Positions 51,191 through 64,000 of a stretch of DNA of 64,000 nt are shown piece after piece. Location: the NCBI GenBank assembly GCA_951406725.2, contig OX597835.1:16430001-16494000 (forward strand), written 5' to 3'. Under the pieces are notes generated by a model. That model did no database searches. It was not told where the DNA came from and saw only the letters and a list, made by a program, of their open reading frames with translations. The first letter of the stretch is position 1; each line of letters begins with the position of its first letter. The DNA comes from Octopus vulgaris (lineage: Eukaryota). A program made the position numbers and the translations under genes.

Positions 51191-53004
51191 TAATAATAAT
51201 AATTATTATTATTATTATTATTATTACTGTTATTCACACTGCATTGAATACATAATACATCATAATCCTGTCACTTCTTTTCCATCCTCCATGGATATTA
51301 TCCACAATCAATATTCCATGTCTAAGTCACAACCATGTGGCATTGGTTGAACGTTTTCACATGTTTTATATAGTCAGCTGTATTGGATAGAGCGCAATAT
51401 CATGTTTGATAGGGAGAGTTTATGTCATCGTTAACTCTGCAAGAAATAGCAGCTATAATTCCTTCAAATCACACCTTGCTACATTTTAGAGAGAGAGCAA
51501 GAAAGAGAGAGAGAGAGAGAGCAAGAAAGAGAGAGAGAGAGAGAGAGAAAAACACACTTTAGATAATGTAGTTAAAATGACATGGTAGGCATGACTGGAA
51601 TGTCTTTAATCATATGTCTGCTTGATCAGGAGTGAGCTGGGGGGGTTAATCAAAATTTGTTACAGCCATGACAATGACAATCATAATGATAATTATGATG
51701 ATGATGATTATGAACTACCACCACTACCACCACCATCAGCATCAGCATATGATAAATGCAAGCAACACACCATATCACCATACTAGTTTTATCTGTTCTA
51801 TGAAATTTTGTCACAAATTTTCCCAGATATTTCCTCAGAAGTCTTCTATCTTCAAGATTATTAGATTATCTGAAAATAGTAGACATTCTTAACGAATTTC
51901 ACGAAAATAATAATTACAGAGTGACCGCATTACTTTTGGTTAGCCAATGCTTCCAGAAACGTCACTCCAAAAATTTGACCAGCTGACTGTATCCTGGGAT
52001 AAGGTGGAACTAGTTTGGTTCAATTAGCTCTCCAAGATGACAGTGAATGAAACGGAGTTTGATGGTAATGTATTCTAGTGAGACAGAGCCAGATGGTGGA
52101 AGAAAGGAAGCTATAGCCATCTCAGATGTCGTTAGAATGTTTTAATTAGAATAAAGCAGTCAGTGTGAAGAGTACAGCTAATATCCACAGAAATATCTAG
52201 GAATGTCTGACACCTGAAAACTAAAGAGTAAAGTGGAAGCAAAGAAATTTGGATTCATTAAAATTTCCTCGTTAGTGACGAGAACTATTGTTAATCTAAA
52301 TCACTAAATAAAAGAATTCTGAATAATAAAAAAAGATAAACAAATAAAGACGGTAATGTGGAATGAGTGCAATTTCTAGGAGTGCAGTAATAATTATCTT
52401 TTATCCTTTTACTTGTTTCAGTCATTGGACTGTGGCCATGCTGGGGTACAACCTTAAAGGTTTTTTGTTGAGCAAATCAACCCCAGTACTTAGGGTTTTT
52501 TTCAAAATCTTCTACTTATCCTATCAGTCATTTTTGTTGAACCACTAAGTTATGGGGATGTAAACAAACTAACACCAGTTGTCAAATGGTGGTGAGGACA
52601 TACACATGTGCACACACATATACACATATGTGCACACATATATAGATATATATACACCCACATATATGTACACAAATATATAGTCATGTGCACATGAACA
52701 TATATACACACAGACATACATACATATATACATAGACACACACACACACACACGCATGGCTATAGCCCCAGGCTGACCAATGCCTTGAGGAAGTGTGATA
52801 GATGGAAACTGCAGCAAGCTTGTCGTGTACATGTGTGTGAGTGTATCATCATTATCATTTATCATCAACATTTCTATACCTATATGAGTAAGACAAGATT
52901 TTGTTGAAGGAAAATTTTCTTTAGCCAGATGCTTTTCTTAATGCCAACCTCTACTGGTTTCTGTTCAAGGCAATAATTCCTCCAGTCTATTGGTCATACA
53001 ACAG

Positions 53005-53181
53005 CCCAGACATGTTTTCACGGAGAACTGCAAACAAACAAGGGGTCTGGACATGCTTTCACATTGTACTGCAAACAGATGACACTGTACAAATGATGAG
53101 GTTATGTTTACAACCAGCACGTGCAGGTTCAAGACACGGGGTATACATACTCAGTAACACACACAAACATATATATTTATA

Positions 53182-53216
<35 letters not shown>

Positions 53217-53870
53217 ATAATTTGCCTGGAGGTTGTCAAACTATGATTACAGATCTCAGATGACCAGGCCAGACATGTTTTCACAGAGGACTGCCAACAA
53301 ACGGTGATGTATCGTTTGCAGTCAGTGCATACATGACATGTCAAGGGGTCTGGACATACTTTCATAGTGTACTGCAAACAGTACAATGCTGTACGAATGG
53401 TGAGATTTAGTTTATAATCAGCATACAAGTATTCGAGACAAGCTATATACATACTTGGTCACACACACAAATATATATATATTTATATACATGTGTGTGT
53501 GTGTGTGAAATGTGCCTGGAGGTTGTCTAACTGTGATTACAGATTTCAGATGACCGACCCAGACATTTTCACAGAGGACTGCAAACAAACGGCACCATTT
53601 GTACTAACGGCGGCATATTGTTTACAATCAGTGCACACATGCCAAAACATGTCAAGGGGTCCGGACATGCTTTCACAGTGTACTGCAAACAGACGACACA
53701 ATGCAATTGGTGAGGTTTAGTTTACAACCAGCACACACATGTCCAAGGCAAGCTGTATACATACTCAGTCGTACACAAACATATATTTATATACATGTGT
53801 GTGTGTGTGTGTGCATGTGTGAAATGTGCCTGAAGGTTCCTCTAACTGTGATTACAGATCTGAGACGACT
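53005..53870. repeat. Three tandem ~260-310-bp units, each containing a (TG)n tract
   Basis: CCAGACAT at 53006, 53269 and 53559. Each unit ends TGCCTG(G/A)AGGTT...TGATTACAGAT. Confidence 0.9.
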
Positions 53871-54405
53871 AAAAATGTAAATAGGAGTTTTGTGAATGAA
53901 CACAGACCGATATAAAAGCTTAAATATCTAGGAAGAAATGCCGAGGGACGTCTGTTGGCAGAACATTTAATAAATTCAGTGCTAACATATTTGATGCAAG
54001 TAAGCTGGGAAAAAAAAAAAAAAAAAAATTCAGTTAATTGAAATTGCACTCGTAATCAGTCATTCAGATAATTAATGTTCTCCTCGCTAACGACGTAATT
54101 TTAATTAATTAAAATTTCATGGTTTATTACATCGAGTGTCCTAGTGCCCACTTTACTACAGAATCACTGAGTCTTGTACAGACGTATGAGGGTGTGGGGC
54201 AGGGCAGGGCAGACAGTAATGCCACGAATGTCATGATCAGGATGACCATAAAAACTGACCACTGGGTGTGCATATACATACATATATAGCTGTTTTCCAA
54301 GTTAGCATGTATTCCACAGGAGTTGGCGGGCCAGAGAACAGCAACAGGTTCTAATGTCTGCTTTGGCATGGTTTCTAGATGCCCTTCCTAAAACTGCATA
54401 TATAT

Positions 54406-54720
54406 ATCACCATGATTACCGTGACCAACCAGGCTATCAGATGTTGCAACACATCGCTGGTCACAATGCGCTTCGCATTGCTTTAGCCTTCAAATGACGC
54501 CACCCTCGCTCGCTAAGCTCGCAGGCCAACAGAAGAAAGAGTGAGAGAAAGTTGTGGCGAAAGAGTACAGCAGGGATCGCCACCACCCCCTGCCGGAGCC
54601 TCGTGGAACTTTTAGGTGTTTTCGCTCAATAAACACTCACAACGCCCGGTCTGGGAATCGAAACGGTGATCCTACAACCACGAATCCGCTGCCCTAACCA
54701 CTGGGACATTGCGCCTCCAC
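54406..54720 (-). mobile_element. SINE family D carrying tail 2
   Basis: Reverse complement of 13623-13917. Confidence 0.87.
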
Positions 54721-55139
54721 ACACACAAATATATATATATATACATAATATTATCATTGTGCCATCTACTTTTCCATGTTCGCATGCTCAAATGAACTTC
54801 ATTGACACTGACAGATTTTCTAAGGCCAGATGCTCTCACTGTCACCAACCTTCAGCTTCCAAGCAAGACAATAATTTCTTCCAGAACATCTTCAAGTCTA
54901 GCGATGATACTACTAAACCTACTATTTGGAACCATCCCTTCCTCTACAACATGACTGACTATATAAGTGGCTAGCAATCTACCTTACTCTATCAGGTTTT
55001 TCAACAGGCCATGGTCTTTGGTTGGCCTGAGGCTATAGTAGAAGACACTTGCCCAAGGTGCCACGCAGTGGGACTGAACCCGACACCATGTGGTTCGTAA
55101 GCAAGCTACTTACCACACAGCCACTCCTATGCCTATCTA

Positions 55140-55285
55140 TCGACCCCTTCATTGAAGGTAAAATTTTTTTCAGGGGTCCCTGAAATGCTATTGTAGATTC
55201 CCAATTTATTATTTTGTCACAGGGACTCCCAAAAATCTTATATGGATCCTCAGGGACCATATGGACCCACAGTTGAGAACCACTG
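55140..55285. mobile_element. hAT-type MITE, one end
   Basis: Ends GGACCCACAGTTGAGAACCACTG. A possible other end CAGGTTTTTCAAC lies at ~54993, separated by a SINE B head (55015-55135). Confidence 0.6.
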
Positions 55286-55830
55286 CTCGATATTAACAGA
55301 CTACTTTACAATCTACAACATCTAACATCTCTCATCACACGCCTCTACCAAACTTCTGACTTTCTGCTCTCTCTTTCTCCCCGTGTTATGAGTGAGTACC
55401 TGACAGCTAGCTTTCTTTGTAATTACCTCATAAAGTTCCCTGCAACCCGTTACCTTCTGTCTGTTTTTTACCAGGTCTTCCTAATAGCTTTTTTGTTTTG
55501 ACCCTTTTTTATTGTGCCATCAAATCACCTTCTGTATTGCAAGAACCTTCTTCCATCCACAGATCTGGTTTTCCGGCTCAAAACACTTTTTATTTCGGAA
55601 AAACTCCCAGTTGTCTTCCATGTTTATGGTTTCTCTGTCCATCTCCTCTTCCCTCTTGATATATATACATGCCACTAAGCACTTCTTTGTAAGTATGTAT
55701 ACACCCACACACACACATGAATATACATAAACTCACATATAAATACATATACACACATATGTACATACACACACACACCACACATACATATATACATAAA
55801 TGTCGAACGATGGAGTGAGTGCTACATATA

Positions 55831-55876
<46 letters not shown>

Positions 55877-56464
55877 CACATATATACAAACATACATGTA
55901 TATAAATGGATGCATCTATGCATGTGTACATTATCATCATTCAACATCTGTTTTACAGGAGGCCTTAGGTTGGACACACACATGTATATATATATAAACA
56001 CACACCACACATGTATATATATATAAAAAAAAAACACACACACACACCACACATGTATATATATATATATAAAAACACACACACACACACATATATATAT
56101 ATAATTTATCCACACACATCTCCCCATGAAATAGGAAGTTTTGTATTCCTAAAAATCTCGCAAGAACACAGGAGTTTTTAAATGCAAAAACCTATTTTTC
56201 CGTTGACTTCCAATGTTACAAGAGTGGAGGGGGGGGGGCAGAGAGAAAATCTGCTTCGCATTACAGAAACTGTACATTATGGCAAGAATTTCCAAGAGTG
56301 CAACACTTCCATACTGTACAAGGTGCCAGTATACAAACACACACACACACACACACACACACAGAACATGAAATATGTATAAACATAAATCAATATAACA
56401 AAATCTTTAAATACCTCGAGTTATATTTAAAACACGCACACATAAACTGAAGCATTACAAGCAG

Positions 56465-56499
<35 letters not shown>

Positions 56500-57127
56500 G
56501 GTGTTGTTATTATTATCATTATTATTATTATTATTATTATTATTAATCATCTTAGTGAAGAATTCAGTGTATACATATGTCAGCTAGCACAATTTTCTAT
56601 GTATCAGTCTTGTGAAGTGTATCTCACTATGCGTATATCTGTTTATCAGTGTGTGTGTGTGTGTGTGTGCTTGTGCGTTTAGATCCTGTGTATGTGTGTG
56701 TAAGTTTACCTGTGCGTGTGTATGTGTGTGTGAGAGAGAGAGAGAGAGAGAGGGTGTTGTTTGCTCGTATGCATGCGAGTGTGAGTGCATGTGTGTGTGA
56801 GTGTGTGTGTGTGTGTGTAACCTGAGAGTGAAGAAACACTGTGAGGAGAACAGAGGAAAAGAGAAGGGGAGGGAGAGGAAGAGGAGGGGAAAGTGGAAAG
56901 CAAGATAGATGAGAGAAAGGGGAAGGGGAAGGAGACGGAGATAGCCTTGAGAGAGAGAGAGAGAGAAGGGGGGGAGAATATTGATAAAGCTGGCTAATCT
57001 GTTTAATTACTACTGATTAAAAATAGTGTGGTAGTTGGTAGTAGCTTCCTTGTGCAACCTGGCTGTACACATTTGAGATATAGTTCCAGCTCAGTTGTAC
57101 AACACACTACTACCTAGCTATCTATCT

Positions 57128-57129
<2 letters not shown>

Positions 57130-57203
<74 letters not shown>

Positions 57204-57499
57204 TATATATATATATATATAATTATATATATATATGTATAATTATATATATATATATAATTACATTTAAACATATATATAAAATTACATTTATTTATAC
57301 ATATAAAATCATATATATAAATAATTACTTATGCATACATACAAAATTATATATTACATTTATAGATACATATAAAAATTAGATATATATACACACACAA
57401 ACAAAATATATATATACACACAAAATTATATATATATACATATACATACACAAAATTATATATATATACATACACAAAATTATATATATACACACGCAT

Positions 57500-57555
<56 letters not shown>

Positions 57556-57561
57556 CACAAA

Positions 57562-57623
<62 letters not shown>

Positions 57624-57870
57624 TAATATGTACATGAAAATATATAGAATACATTTATATATACATAAAATACATACATTATATTTATATATAAACACAA
57701 AATATGTATATATATAATTACATTTATATACATACAAAATCATATATATATTAATTACATTTATATATGTGCAAAATTTTATTTATAAATAAATATATAT
57801 ATATATATATATAATTACATTTATATATGTACAAAATTTTATATATATATATATGTATATATGTGTGTTT
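57130..57870. repeat. AT-rich compound microsatellite
   Basis: Direct inspection. Confidence 0.95.
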
Positions 57871-58249
57871 GTATTATAAATTAAATTAGTACTTGTCTTA
57901 CATCAAAAATTAATACATACACATACACACTCATATTTAAATGTCTAAACAATAGAAATTAAATATTCATGCAAATATTGGAAAATTCTCTTCATCCACG
58001 TTGATAAAAATCTAGGTTTAACTGCATTAATTAATGAAAATATGCAAACGTCCAATATAATGGTATGCAGGAGGCTTGCTCTGTTCCATTTCGACCATTC
58101 TACATCTTCATTACACCATATATACATACATATGCATGCACACACATACACCTTGAAATATTAAACACACCTTAAAATGTGAATGTTTGTGTATGTGTGT
58201 GTGGTTTAGAATTCATTGATGTGAGCAAATGGAATGCATTCATAACACA

Positions 58250-58293
58250 ATCCATACATACATACATACAAACACATATATTCTATATATGTA

Positions 58294-58332
<39 letters not shown>

Positions 58333-58451
58333 TATACATAAAACATAAAAAATATTTATATATGTGTATATATACAATATACACACAAGGACACACAAAC
58401 ACACACACACATATATAGACTCAAAATATATTTCATTTAATACACACACAT

Positions 58452-58482
<31 letters not shown>

Positions 58483-58515
58483 CATATATATATATACATA
58501 CATATATATATACAC

Positions 58516-58570
<55 letters not shown>

Positions 58571-58806
58571 ATATATATATATATAGATATATATATACAT
58601 ATAGATATATATATACATAAATATATATACACACATATATATATATACACACACACATATATATATATACACACACATATATATATATACACACACATAT
58701 ATATATATATATATACAGATATATATATATATACACATATATATATATATACACATATATATATACACATATATATATATATATATATACACATATATAT
58801 ATACAC

Positions 58807-58837
<31 letters not shown>

Positions 58838-59020
58838 CACACACACATATATATATATATATATACACACACACATATATATATATACACATATATATAT
58901 ATGTATATATATACATTTATATATATATATATTATACACACACAATGTAAATAGTTTATATATGTGAGTGTGCATATAAAAATATTTTATATACATATAT
59001 ACACATACATACATACATAC
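58250..59020. repeat. Compound (TA)/(CA) microsatellite
   Basis: Direct inspection. Confidence 0.95.
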
Positions 59021-59659
59021 ACAGCCATTCGAGGTTTTCAGTAACCCTAATTTGGAGGAATTTTGGAAATATCCTGCTAGCAGAGAGAGAGAGAGAGAAG
59101 AAGGAAATCCAAGACAACAACAACAACAACTACTACTACCACAAGAGAACAAAGAGTGAAAGCTGGATCTCAGATGGCTGGGGCAGCTCTATAGATTGTC
59201 TACTGACCATCACAAGCACCACCAACCACCACCACCAGCACCACCACCACCAACGTTATCAACAACAACAACAACAGCAGGAGGAGTGGAACACATTTCT
59301 TTGGAATCAGGTCCATCCGCAGGGAATGTGTCTGAAGAAGGAGCCAAGAGTGGAAATGCAGCTTGTGTATTGAAAGAGAGAGAGAGAGGGAGATATGACA
59401 GTGTGTGTGTGTGTGTGCATGTGTGTGTGCAAGATGTAAAGAAGAGGGGAGAGAGAGATAGAGAAAGAGACTGTGTGAGTTTTGTTTGTTTGAGATAATC
59501 AGTCAGGAGGAGGAGGAGGAGGAGGAGGGGAGTCGGGGTGGATGGGGAAGGGGACGAGGGGAAGGGGGGGTGTAAGTATTCCCGAGCAGAGTCATGGCAG
59601 CTGAGTGGGTTTAGTCACTCTGGGCTGATGTGGTAGGACTTTCAATAGAAAAATTATGC

Positions 59660-59907
59660 ATGCACACACGTGTGTGTGTGTGTGTGTGTATATATACGTA
59701 CGCATGCATGCGTGCACACATGCCTGAATATATTACACACACACATACAAATCCAATACATATATGTGTTTGTGTGTGTGTGTAAGTATATATACAAATA
59801 AATATATATATATATACATATAAATATATATACATAAATATATATACATATATAAATACACATACATATATATATACATACACATGTATATATATACATA
59901 TATATAC

Positions 59908-59954
<47 letters not shown>

Positions 59955-59964
59955 CATATACATA

Positions 59965-59998
<34 letters not shown>

Positions 59999-60286
59999 CA
60001 TATATATACATATATATACATACATATACATACATATATATACATACATATACATATATATATACATATATATACATACATATATATACATATATATACA
60101 TACATATACATATATATACATATATATACATACATATTTTTTTTTTATTTTATCTAGTTTCAGCTCACGAGCTGTGGCCATGCTGGGGCACCGCCATATA
60201 AATACAATATATACATATACATACATATATATATACATACATACATACATATATACATACATATACATACATACATATATATATAC

Positions 60287-60321
<35 letters not shown>

Positions 60322-60376
60322 CATATATATACATATATATATATATACATACATACATACATATACATACATACAT

Positions 60377-60425
<49 letters not shown>
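59660..60425. repeat. Compound (TA)/(TACA) microsatellite with an embedded SINE B tail fragment (~60155-60197)
   Basis: Direct inspection; GTGGCCATGCTGGGGCACCGCC fragment. Confidence 0.93.
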
Positions 60426-60927
60426 TGTGATTTCATGACACAAGAACACACATATACATAACAAAATAGCAATAAGATGACAGATATCTGAAATTCTCAA
60501 ACAGGAAGACATCCAAAATATCATACATATGCACATGTATATGCTTAAAAATGGGATGTGTGTGTGTGCATGTATGTATATATGAAATCCTCCTTTTAAT
60601 GTCCACTCTTCCATGGCTTAGGTGAAATTTATTGAGATAAATTCTTCTACAGCTGGATGCTCTTCCTGTTGCCAACCCTCACTTGTTTCTAACCAAGCAA
60701 AGTAATATTATTCCACAGCCACTCAGGCTTTTGAGGAGGACTGGAAAGAGGGACACCACTGTATGACAGCAACATGTTTTTACATTCACTGTGTGAAGTT
60801 AAGGACACACAAGGCTTTGGTCAACCTGGGGCCTATTGCAAGGGATAATGCCCTAGGTGCATGGAACTGAACCCAAAATCACATAGTTGGGAAGCAACCT
60901 TCTTAATCCACACAGACATACCTGTGG

Positions 60928-60978
<51 letters not shown>

Positions 60979-60980
<2 letters not shown>

Positions 60981-61147
60981 CCAACCAGTTTTTCTCTAAT
61001 CTCCTCTTACTTTTTTTCCATATTTTTCGTTTGATGAAGGACTAATGTCCGAAATGTCAAGATTCCCTCCTTTTTAGCACTAAATTAATATAACATTTAT
61101 TAAACTTATCCTTCTTGTGTTGCCTTTCTTTTTAAGTTCATTGCTTT

Positions 61148-61150
<3 letters not shown>
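60979..61150 (+). mobile_element. (TA)n-embedded ~170-bp element with minimal hammerhead-like motif
   Basis: 61027-61062 reads TCGT-TTGATGA-A-GGAC-TAAT-GTCC-GAAA-TG-TC-AAGA. (TA)n on both sides. Confidence 0.6.
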
Positions 61151-61185
<35 letters not shown>

Positions 61186-61366
61186 TTAATCCAAACAAGA
61201 AAGCACAAAAAAACACAACAACGCGAGGACGTGGAACAAATATAGTATTATTGGACGCTCAGGAAAGAAGTAGGGTTTAACGTTTCGAGCGGAGCTCTTC
61301 GTCGGAAACATAGGAGAAGGGAAGACAGAGGAAAAAAAAATCGCCAACAGTACACACGCGGTCACA
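61186..61366 (-). mobile_element. Second copy of the 8694 hammerhead-like element
   Basis: Minus strand 61309-61275 reads GTTT-CCGACGA-A-GAGC-TCC-GCTC-GAAA-CG-TT-AAAC. (TA)n flanks. Confidence 0.65.
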
Positions 61367-61879
61367 TTTTGAATGGAATTTTGTATATATATATATATAT
61401 ATATACACACACAAACACACACACACCTATTTACAAAACATATATACATACATATTATATATAAATATATAATATATACACTCTCAGAGTGGTTGGCATT
61501 AGGAAGGGCAACCAGCTATAGAAACACAAAGAAAACAAGAGGGATTGGTGTACAAGCGCAAGAAAAATGTTCTCTACATGTTTGCAAGGTTAAAAATTTC
61601 TAATTACTAAGTTACTCAGATCTGCATCACTACAAGCTACTTAGGCAAAGAAAAGTGCATTTGATTATTTGACTGGATGAGCAGATGTAATTTTTGTGCC
61701 TGTGAAACTTTCAGCAATGCGAATTCTAAGTCAATCTCTTATTAAAAATAAAACTCTCTTTCTGTGTGTGTGGGTGTGTGTGTATGTGCGTTTGAGCAAT
61801 TTACAAAAAATTATTACCAAAATACATGAACAATAAAAAATTTATCAAAAAGGCATGCATACATTACAAGGGATGTTAG

Positions 61880-61882
61880 TAC

Positions 61883-61931
<49 letters not shown>

Positions 61932-62255
61932 CACATACATACATACATATATATATATATACACACACATACATACATACATACATATATATATATATAC
62001 ACACATACATACATATATACATACATATATATATATACACACATACATACATACATATATATACACATACATACATATATATACACATACATACATATAT
62101 ACATACATACACACATACATACATATATACATACATACATACATATATACATACACACATACATACATATATACATACACACATACATACATATATACAT
62201 ACATTATATATATATATATATACATACATATATACATACACACATACATACATAT

Positions 62256-62292
<37 letters not shown>

Positions 62293-62569
62293 CATACATA
62301 CATATATACATACATACATATATACATACATATATACATACATATATACATACATATATATACATACATACATATATACATACATACATACATACATATA
62401 CATACATATATACATATATATATACATATATATATACATATATATATATACATAGATATATACATACATATATACATATATACATTCACATATATATATA
62501 CACTCTGTATGTGCATGTATGTATATAATATATACACACACATAGTTACACATGTATAGAAATACAAAC

Positions 62570-62600
<31 letters not shown>
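61880..62600. repeat. Compound (TA)/(TACA) microsatellite
   Basis: Direct inspection. Confidence 0.96.
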
Positions 62601-62604
<4 letters not shown>

Positions 62605-62939
62605 CTGCAGTGACTGAGCGATTGACTCTGTGATCCATTAGTTTCCTGGCACAATGGATCTGCAAACTGGGAAGCCTCGTTTCAGCCTTATTAATTGGCG
62701 GGGCAACGTATATACACACGTGTCTGCAGAGACCCATACAGAAGTGACAGTCCCAGCTGCCCCGAATGTACTTGAAGGCACTGTCTGCCTCAACTGGACT
62801 GCTGCTGATTTCTTTGGTTGAGTGCTTTCCTCCTCCTCCTCCGAAACAAATGTATGTGTGTACATACCGATATGTATAACTATGTCACTATACATACACA
62901 TGCATATATATATATATATATATGTCATGTATATATATT

Positions 62940-63270
62940 CTTTTATTCTTTTACTTGTTTCATTCTTTTGACTGTGTACATGCTGGAGAACCGCCTTGAA
63001 GGGTTTTTTTTTTTTTTTAGATGAAGAAATTGGGCCCCAGGATTTCTTCTTTGTAAGCCTAGGACTTACTCTATCAGTTTCTTTTGCTGAACCACTAAGT
63101 TAGGAGAATGCAAACACACCAATACCAGTTGTCAAACGGTGATGGGGGACAAACACAAACACAGGGCTATGGTAGAAGACAATTGCCCAAGGTACCATGC
63201 AGTGGGACTGAACCTGGAACCATGTGGTTGGGAAGCAAACTGCTTACCACACAACCATGCCTGCACCTAC
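62940..63270 (-). mobile_element. SINE family B, diverged
   Basis: Tail TTTTACTTGTTTC and head CCACACAACCATGCCTGC. Confidence 0.75.
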
Positions 63271-63587
63271 ATAAACACACACACACAAATTTAATGTTTA
63301 TTATAATTGCATGTATTGATATGTGTGTATGTGTGAATGTATGTGTACACACACCCACACAATCATTATTGATTTAACATCCACCATTCCAAGCTAACGT
63401 GAGTCAGATGGAGCTTATTGTGGCAAATTCTCTACAGCTGGATGTTCTTTCTGTCACCAACCCTCACTAGTTTCTGAGCGAATAATTATTTCTCAATGGC
63501 TAGACAAGTTTATGTAGAATACTGGAAACACAAGACACAGCTTGTATGACTAGTGAACATATTACAACCATTACTCAATGTTGATAC

Positions 63588-63885
63588 ATCATCATCATTT
63601 AGCGTCCGCTTTCCATGCTGGCATGGATTGGACGGTTCAACTGGGGTCTGGGAAGCCAGGAGGCTGCACCAGGCCCAGTCTGATCTGGCAGTATTTCTAT
63701 GGCTGGATGCCCTTCCTAATGCCAACCACTCCGTGAGTGGGTGCTTTTTACATGCCACCGGCACAGGTGCCAGATAGGGCTGGCAAACGGCCATGGTCGG
63801 ATGGTGCTTTTTATGTGCCACCGGCACGGGGGCCCGGCGAGACTGGCAACGGCCACGATCGGATGGTGCTTTTTACGTGCCATCA
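63588..63885 (-). mobile_element. Family C with internal subrepeats
   Basis: Closely similar to 24330-24660. Confidence 0.82.
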
Positions 63886-64000
63886 TCTACACACACATAC
63901 ACACAAGGAGACACAAATATATACATGCACATACAGATAACTTCAAATAGTACAATAAGGCTGCTTGCCCTTGTTATAGTCAACTCTTTCAACTGCTTCT

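Overview
AT-rich eukaryotic, essentially non-coding DNA (large intron or intergenic region). I could not recognise any host protein-coding exon. Nearly all long ORFs in the supplied track are translations of (TA/CA/TACA)n microsatellites. The window is a mosaic of several components. (1) Several tRNA-headed SINE families, labelled A, B, D and E here, plus GAT-tailed (C) and CAA-tailed (F) retroposon-like repeats. (2) Two non-autonomous Helitrons and hAT- and piggyBac-type MITEs. (3) A decayed R4/Dong-type LINE ending at (TAA)n and a CR1-type LINE 3' end. (4) Minisatellites, long foldbacks and very large compound microsatellites. The repeat landscape resembles a coleoid cephalopod (Octopus) genome; this is inference from recalled repeat patterns, not a database result. 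The most notable observation is a group of short elements (mostly ~170-190 bp) embedded in (TA)n. Each carries a minimal type I hammerhead-ribozyme-like motif with covarying stems, suggesting Penelope pseudo-LTR or retrozyme-like elements. Other observations: a 2x2 shuffle of SINE central domains and 3' tails, a single-copy SINE inverted duplication and other dsRNA-forming structures, and a palindromic 25-bp array. Repeat boundaries were read by eye and are approximate unless TSDs or TIRs are quoted.
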